64,000 bases of DNA from sequence record MZ779063.1; one strand, given 5' to 3'. A program made the translations under genes and the position numbers. This stretch comes from Staphylococcus phage vB_SauM-UFV_DC4. Shown here one piece after another: positions 58,014 through 64,000 of this stretch; the first letter of the stretch is position 1, and each line of letters begins with the position of its first letter. Under the pieces are notes generated by a model. The model did no database searches, was not told the DNA's origin, and saw only the letters and a list, made by a program, of their open reading frames with translations.

Positions 58014-58820
58014 TTATTTTACATTAGTTCTGTATTCAAGAATAGTTTTTACTAAAAGCATATTAGCATTTAATTCTTTAGAAGTTCCTTCAGCTTCTTC
58101 AGCTTTAAGTTTACCTACTTGTTCTAAAGACATCATTTCCATTGGATTAATATTTTTAGGAATTTTACCTGAATTAAGTTTAATAACTTCGCTAGCTTGC
58201 ATAGCTTTAATAGATTCATTTAAAAATTCATTAATGACTGAATCTGAAAAGCTTTTAATAACTTTGTTATCTTCTTTTTTAGTGATATCATTACCTTTAA
58301 TTAAGTCTGCTCTGTTATAATATACAAATAAATCAATATAAGTTACTAAGATTATATTGTATATTTCTTGGAAGTTTAAATTAGTGCCCATATTTTCATC
58401 AGTGTAATTCAACATTAATGCAAATACTCTTTCACTAATATTACTTTGTCCTTCTGGAAGAAATTCATCAAAACCTACACTTCTAGACATTGATAAGAAG
58501 TCCATAATATTTCTTGCAAAGTTTTCTTCACTGTTTAATTCATTTTCATCAGTAAAGAATTTAACAAAATCAGAATATGATAGACCAGTAATATCATCTG
58601 ATTTTCTTCTAATCATTTTCATACTATAAAAATCTCTAAATGTTTTACTATCTCCAGTTGAACCTAATTTATCTTCTAAGATTTCTAATTCTTTTCTGTT
58701 GGATTCTTCTTTCATTTCTTTCATTAATACATTTGAAACATCCTCGTTAATTCTTTCTAAATCATTGTTAAATAATTCAATTGCTTGGTTTAATTCTTCC
58801 ATTATCCATTTCATCTCCAT
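58014..58820 (-). CDS. hypothetical protein
   Basis: 268 aa; upstream (minus) aaatatatattatataaatgag motif. Confidence 0.5.
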   Translation of the reverse strand: MEMKWIMEELNQAIELFNNDLERINEDVSNVLMKEMKEESNRKELEILEDKLGSTGDSKTFRDFYSMKMIRRKSDDITGLSYSDFVKFFTDENELNSEENFARNIMDFLSMSRSVGFDEFLPEGQSNISERVFALMLNYTDENMGTNLNFQEIYNIILVTYIDLFVYYNRADLIKGNDITKKEDNKVIKSFSDSVINEFLNESIKAMQASEVIKLNSGKIPKNINPMEMMSLEQVGKLKAEEAEGTSKELNANMLLVKTILEYRTNVK

Positions 58821-58901
58821 TTATAAAAATTATTTAAGATTATTTAATTACCATTAATCTCATTTATATAATATATATTTAAATAATGTTTATAATTTTA
58901 T

Positions 58902-59546
58902 TTATATATCTGAAGCTTCTAATAATTCATTATACTGTTCTATTTGATGATCTAACATGTAATCTTTATAATACGAAACAAATTCATTTACTTTACCAAA
59001 TATTGAAGATAATGGAATGATAATTTTACCTGCATGAGCTAATTGATGATTTGTTTTGGATAGTAATACTAAACCTACTTTATTATCGAAATGTAATTTC
59101 ATAACTCTTTCTGCTATATCTATTGATGTGAATTGTTCATCTTCCATTATAGCTCTATTAACTACTATTTCTACAATCTCATATAATGTAAAAGGAAAGT
59201 GATGATATTCCATTGTAACCATGTCTTCTGTTAAATTTGACATTGTTATATCATTTTTTAGATTGTATTCTTCTTTTAATATTGATAAATACTTTTTATA
59301 TTCATTTGATCTTCTTACTAATCCTTCTACATTCTTAATAAATTTCTTTAAACTATTTTCTGATTCTATTTCAAAGTATAAACTTGATATTTGAAATTTA
59401 CTTTTTTTATTTACTAATGTTGTATTATTATTTGAATCTTTCTTGATTAGTATATTATTAATTCTATTATTTTTATTTAATTTAACTTTACTACTTGAAA
59501 ATTTCTTATTATTAAATTTTATATCTACATTTTTATTACTACTCAT
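58902..59546 (-). CDS. hypothetical protein (ATG 59546 preferred over TTG 59555)
   Basis: AAGGAA SD 9 nt upstream of ATG. Confidence 0.5.
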   Translation of the reverse strand: MSSNKNVDIKFNNKKFSSSKVKLNKNNRINNILIKKDSNNNTTLVNKKSKFQISSLYFEIESENSLKKFIKNVEGLVRRSNEYKKYLSILKEEYNLKNDITMSNLTEDMVTMEYHHFPFTLYEIVEIVVNRAIMEDEQFTSIDIAERVMKLHFDNKVGLVLLSKTNHQLAHAGKIIIPLSSIFGKVNEFVSYYKDYMLDHQIEQYNELLEASDI

Positions 59547-59555
59547 TTTATTCAA

Positions 59556-59724
59556 TTCCTTTTTATTAATTAAAAATTAATTAATTTATTATATTTATAT
59601 TCCTTATTTATTAAAAATTCTTTAATTAAAAATATATTTATTAAAAATTTATTAATAATATTTATATTAATTAAAATTTAATAATTAAAAATAAATAAAC
59701 TACCCCCTAAATCCCCCTTCTTGT
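59556..59724. repeat. iteron-like AT-rich repeats ((T/A)ATTAAAAAT x ~6) ending in a C-rich island ctaccccctaaatccccc
   Basis: direct reading of divergent intergenic region. Confidence 0.5.
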
Positions 59725-59963
59725 AAAACAAATTCCAAACTATATATTAAATTATTAGCTCAGAAAATTAAAAATTTTTACTAAATAATATATCTGTTAC
59801 AAAATGTATTAATCTAATACAGATATATTAATTCTTTTTTATAAGTATAATTATATAATTATTTCAATCATTGGTATGTTTATTTTTGAATTGAATAGAG
59901 AACATATTAAGTTAATATAGATTTTTAAATTAAAAATATTATAGAAAATATACAGAGATATAT

Positions 59964-59980
59964 AACAACCTTTTATTAAA
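59964..59980 (+). promoter_or_regulatory. late-promoter-like element AACA-N6-TATTAAA
   Basis: atAACAaccttttATTAAAtat ~47 nt upstream of ATG 60014. Confidence 0.3.
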
Positions 59981-60013
59981 TATACAAAGAGAGCGAGGAT
60001 TAAATGAGATATA

Positions 60014-62557
60014 ATGGCTATAGAATTTAATGATTTTAATAGATTCAGTAAAGATGATTTAAGAAAATACAATCCTCTCTATTTTTATAAAGCATTTACT
60101 GAAGAAGATATAGAAAATTTAGATGATGTTATTAAATATTGTCAAGGTCTAATTATTAAAGATCAGTCAATGGCAGATAAATTAGAATCAAATGACTCAA
60201 TGATGGAATCTGATTTATATATAAGAGCTAAAGATGATACGCTCGATGATTACTATTCAGTTTTCGATAGAGATAGTATATTAAGAACGTATAAAGAAAA
60301 AAATCCATACTATGGTAAATTAAGAAATTTATATGATATTGATCCATACGATTCAAGAACGACTAGCGATTTTCAAATAATAAAAGCACTTAATAAAACT
60401 TTAGATAATAAAGAAGAATCTATATTATTGGAAAGTTATACAGAATCAGTTGAATATTTTAAAAAAGTAACTCATACTAGAGCGTTTAATAATCAAATAT
60501 ATTACAGAGAAATGTTTTATATGTATCTAATTAATGCAACTCTACATAGATATATTAATAAAACTATGTATAGAATATTCGATGTTGATAGATATACAAG
60601 GAGAGATCTTAAAAATGCATTTATATCTAATGGTTTGGATTACTTTGATGAGTTCCCACTTGAATATCAAAGAAGAACTTACAAAAGATTAAATGATTTA
60701 ATTAGAAATAAAGGCACTAATGAAATATTTCCTATAATTGAAGAAATATTCTCTATTAATTCTATTGATATTAATAAATATTATCTAGCTAAGCATCCGA
60801 ATGATTTGAAATTTTATAAAACTAATGTAAATGATAATTTCAATCCTTATAAAAATAACCAATATAGCTACAATGAAATTGTCGATCTTGATCCATATTG
60901 GAGAAATACTAAAGAAGAAGTTATGGATAAAGCATTTAACGTTATACAAACTAAATATTTGTCTACTGATGCTGTTATAGATATAATTAATAACAGTAAA
61001 TCTTTATCATTCTTATACAGTTTAATTAACTTAATGAAAGAAGATAAAAATATTATCGAAGATGACAGTTTCAATATGACTAATACAAGAATTAGTTCTA
61101 GAAAATTTAATGTCTTTGACGGAATTGTTACACTTAATACACTTGTCATAAATTATATTAAATGGAATGATAACATTAAGAATGATAAAAATATGAATAT
61201 ATATGCGTATAATTTTAATTCAGATATAAAAGATACTGTAGATGATATTCGTAATTATATTTATTCTAGACAATTTGATAAATCAGACTATACTGATTTT
61301 GCTAGAGAATTAAATTTCCTTAATATTAAGAAATTTAAAAATAGAAATACATTAAGCTATGAAGATATCATAAATGAATATGAATCATCTGACTTAGCTC
61401 AAAGACAATTTAAATTCATCTCTGAAATGTTAACTGGTGAAAATGGATCAACTCAATTAGAATATTATATTGAAAATGATTTAATTATTGATGGTATGCG
61501 TTATTTATGGACTCAGATATCAAAACCAGAAAGAAACTTCTTATTCAAAAATATTTCTTATTATGAAAACTTTATGAAGATATATAAGAAATTCTTAAAT
61601 GTAATGGTAAGAGATGGAAGAATTGATAGAGAAGACGTATATAAAATAATGATTGAAGACGAATCAATTGATAAAGAATTAAAAGATTTTGTTAAAGTTA
61701 TGAATGTTAGATTTTTAAATGAATCTTACGATAGATATAAAGACAATAAGAATGCTGAAAATATTGAAAATATAGTTACTGCAGTCAGAAAATCTATAGA
61801 CTATTCAATTAAGAATAATCAATATACTTCTAAAAAACAAATATCTAGATATCCTGCATTAAAATCATATATTTCAGATATATTAGTTTATGATGATTCT
61901 GATAAAGATTTAATAAATATTTATGATATTATTAATATGTATAAGCATAATGAAAAATTCCGTAAAGAACTAGAAGAATTAATATATAATGCGAATGATC
62001 CTCATTTAAGAGAAAAATTTATTACATTGCATAAACAACTATTTATCAATAATTCTAGTAATGATGTATTTAATGGATTTAAGACCTATTCAGATTATCT
62101 TAAATTTAAAGAACCTGATTTGTATTATTATACTATTGTAGAATCAGAAATATATGATGAAGATACATTTGATAGAGAAACTATCTTTAGAGAAAGAATT
62201 TTTGAATTAGTTAGTAGTATTGATAATCATTTAAATTTAAAAGAACAGTATTTCACTAATAGTAATTTTGTAGGTATAGTTAATTTTATCAGAGATTATA
62301 TTACTATTTTAATTACATTATTTAAATCTTATTCAACTGATTTAATTTATACTAGTCTATTATTTAAATTAGATGATAAATTTGAAAATAGTATACATTT
62401 AATAGACGAAGCCAATGTTAAATATAGTGGAACTTCTAAAAAAGTAGATAAAATCAATACACTTGACAATAAAAATATCATTGATAAAATTAATAGAAAA
62501 GAAAGTATTGAGACTAAAGATGAATTAAAAATCTCAATAATTAAGAAGGGAGATTAA
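60014..62557 (+). CDS. large hypothetical (possibly virion) protein
   Basis: 847 aa. Confidence 0.55.
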   Translation: MAIEFNDFNRFSKDDLRKYNPLYFYKAFTEEDIENLDDVIKYCQGLIIKDQSMADKLESNDSMMESDLYIRAKDDTLDDYYSVFDRDSILRTYKEKNPYYGKLRNLYDIDPYDSRTTSDFQIIKALNKTLDNKEESILLESYTESVEYFKKVTHTRAFNNQIYYREMFYMYLINATLHRYINKTMYRIFDVDRYTRRDLKNAFISNGLDYFDEFPLEYQRRTYKRLNDLIRNKGTNEIFPIIEEIFSINSIDINKYYLAKHPNDLKFYKTNVNDNFNPYKNNQYSYNEIVDLDPYWRNTKEEVMDKAFNVIQTKYLSTDAVIDIINNSKSLSFLYSLINLMKEDKNIIEDDSFNMTNTRISSRKFNVFDGIVTLNTLVINYIKWNDNIKNDKNMNIYAYNFNSDIKDTVDDIRNYIYSRQFDKSDYTDFARELNFLNIKKFKNRNTLSYEDIINEYESSDLAQRQFKFISEMLTGENGSTQLEYYIENDLIIDGMRYLWTQISKPERNFLFKNISYYENFMKIYKKFLNVMVRDGRIDREDVYKIMIEDESIDKELKDFVKVMNVRFLNESYDRYKDNKNAENIENIVTAVRKSIDYSIKNNQYTSKKQISRYPALKSYISDILVYDDSDKDLINIYDIINMYKHNEKFRKELEELIYNANDPHLREKFITLHKQLFINNSSNDVFNGFKTYSDYLKFKEPDLYYYTIVESEIYDEDTFDRETIFRERIFELVSSIDNHLNLKEQYFTNSNFVGIVNFIRDYITILITLFKSYSTDLIYTSLLFKLDDKFENSIHLIDEANVKYSGTSKKVDKINTLDNKNIIDKINRKESIETKDELKISIIKKGD

Positions 62558-62562
62558 AAAGC

Positions 62563-63399
62563 TTGTTTAATTTTGATAGATTTTCAAGAAGACTTGTTGA
62601 AAGTAACGCTATGGAACAAGAAAAAATAGATGAGATAAGCTCAAGAGTGGAAACAAGAGACTCTAACGCTATTAATATCAAATCAGATTTTAAAGAAGAT
62701 ATAGGAAATTACATTAAAGGTATTGTTAAATTTTCTAATCCTAGAACAGGTGAACTAATACATCAAGAAGAAAATTTAGTTTTAATGAGAACTCGTGTTT
62801 GGTTATTAGAAAAATTATTTGGTAAAGGTATACCTTCAAACTATAATGCAGATAGTACCCCTGATCGTACAATTTGTTTATTCTCGATTGGGTCAGGTGG
62901 AGCAGATGTTAACAATGCAGCTTTTTCTCCTTATACAGTTAAGTATTCGGATCAAAAATTAAATAGACCAATTCCATTTGTAGTAGAAAATCCAGATAAA
63001 GAAAATTCTGATTTAACTGCAAATAATCCTAGTATGATTGAAGAATTATCTGATGAACAGAGAAGAAAATATTATCTTCCTGAAGATAAACAAGATGGAA
63101 CTACTAGTTTCTATGGTAAACGTTTTACTAATGCGACTAAAGAAAATCCTCTTGGAGATTCAAAAGGATGGATTATTGATAATGAAGATGGTTCAGTAGC
63201 ATTTTCATTAAAAATGTCAGTAGAACCAGATGAAGCTAGAGGTTCTATCGTAAATGAATTAGGTTTATGGTTAGCTAAATATAATGAAACTGAAAATAAA
63301 TTTGATGGTACTGAATTAGCTACAAGACTTACATTTGATAGTCGTTCTTTAAAGAACTTATCAGATGGATTAGATATAGAATATATTATTTATATTTAA
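62563..63399 (+). CDS. hypothetical protein (TTG start)
   Basis: 278 aa; GGGAGA SD 9 nt before TTG. Confidence 0.5.
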   Translation: MFNFDRFSRRLVESNAMEQEKIDEISSRVETRDSNAINIKSDFKEDIGNYIKGIVKFSNPRTGELIHQEENLVLMRTRVWLLEKLFGKGIPSNYNADSTPDRTICLFSIGSGGADVNNAAFSPYTVKYSDQKLNRPIPFVVENPDKENSDLTANNPSMIEELSDEQRRKYYLPEDKQDGTTSFYGKRFTNATKENPLGDSKGWIIDNEDGSVAFSLKMSVEPDEARGSIVNELGLWLAKYNETENKFDGTELATRLTFDSRSLKNLSDGLDIEYIIYI

Positions 63400-63406
63400 T
63401 AAAATA

Positions 63407-63448
63407 ACCACAACGATAAATTAATATCGTTGTGGTATATTTATTTTT
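63407..63448. terminator. bidirectional terminator (accacaacgata..tatcgttgtggt + T-run)
   Basis: 12-bp stem, tatttatttttt after. Confidence 0.55.
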
Positions 63449-63659
63449 TATCTTGTTCTTTTATCTCTTCTAATAGGATTTCATTAAAAGTAGATAACTT
63501 ATCTATTACTTTTCTTTGATTTCTATTTTCTTTTTCTATCATATTAATTCTTATAGATATATCTTCCAAATTCTTAAGGATTAATTTAGTTCTTACAATT
63601 AATGGTAGACTTATCAATAAGAAATATATTAAGAGGCAAAGGATAACAAGCTGTATCAA
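63441..63659 (-). CDS. small membrane protein (N-terminal TM + coiled coil), TTG start
   Basis: 72 aa; GGAGG SD 9 nt before TTG. Confidence 0.45.
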   Translation of the reverse strand: MIQLVILCLLIYFLLISLPLIVRTKLILKNLEDISIRINMIEKENRNQRKVIDKLSTFNEILLEEIKEQDKK

Positions 63660-63729
63660 TAGCGGTTTCCTCCAGTACTTACATTATAGAAAAAATTTTA
63701 TAGAAAAGGGAGCGTTGATGAAAATACTA

Positions 63730-64000
63730 TGAATTATAAAGAATCGTTTAAAGAATTTGACTTCAGCAGAGACTTTGAAGCTGTAGTCATAGATAACTCA
63801 GATTTTGATACAAAATATGAAGTTAAGCTATTTGTTTTTGAACTAATAATGACCACCTTGCAAGATTCCCCAAGAAATATCAAAAGAAATCTATATGCAT
63901 CAAATATTATTAATATAGAAGATTTAGATATATCTGAGAATATTGATATTGGAAATTATTTAGTCTGTCAACCGTTGATGAATAATGATCTTGATAAACC
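63730..64000 (+). CDS. hypothetical protein, 5' part (runs off window)
   Basis: ATG at 63730 with open frame to window end; AAAGGGAG SD. Confidence 0.4.

Noticed and set aside
59851-60072. 73-aa minus-strand ORF across the 60014 gene start
   Set aside because: It spans an AT-rich intergenic/promoter region and the start of a large plus-strand gene, with no SD.
1-64000. Searched for tRNA genes, CRISPR arrays, integrase/transposase and homing-endonuclease motifs (GIY-YIG, HNH, LAGLIDADG)
   Set aside because: No GC-rich cloverleaf-like segments, no regularly spaced direct repeats with unique spacers and no recognisable catalytic motifs were seen by eye. Absence cannot be proven without tRNA and CRISPR scanning software.

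Overview
This window is AT-rich (roughly 25-30% G+C by eye), gene-dense and looks like part of a large virulent (jumbo-type) phage of a low-GC Gram-positive host. The evidence for that reading: a split, phage-encoded multisubunit RNA polymerase (a beta C-terminal piece at 2110-4251 and beta' N-terminal pieces at 17264-20196, the latter carrying the catalytic DYDGD motif); a RecA/UvsX-type recombinase; an NAD-dependent DNA ligase; a DnaG-type primase; an HU/TF1-like histone-like protein; two lipobox lipoproteins; and a minus-strand block (40.5-56.6 kb) of very large structural genes (998 aa and 2662 aa) built from repeated beta-sandwich-like modules. Positions 1-40.5 kb are almost entirely plus-strand and packed with small genes of unknown function. 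Many of these sit behind a conserved ~20-nt AT-rich promoter-like motif (ATATATTATAA..TGAAG) that is nearly always followed by a stem-loop. A second motif, AACA-N6-TAT(T/A)AT, sits ~40-50 nt upstream of the late/structural genes. Both motifs resemble what I recall of the early and late promoters of phiKZ/AR9-type phages that encode their own RNA polymerases. The most unusual content is a 13-member family of small proteins in two tandem arrays (11.9-14.7 kb and 33.2-39.7 kb). Members share an N-terminal MKYYKL..G.I motif and, in all but the final member (39033-39743), a C-terminal (T)EKEYKK.LVK.NFK tail, around divergent cores; one member is a head-to-tail fusion of two units. Other notable items: a triplicated promoter/small-membrane-peptide cassette (24.3-27.5 kb); three tandem membrane-anchored low-complexity paralogs; an extremely acidic repeat protein at the early/late boundary; and an iteron-like AT-rich divergent intergenic region (59.56-60.01 kb). 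No tRNA, CRISPR, integrase/transposase or homing-endonuclease signatures were seen. All functional calls rest on motif-level reading of the translations, without database searches.
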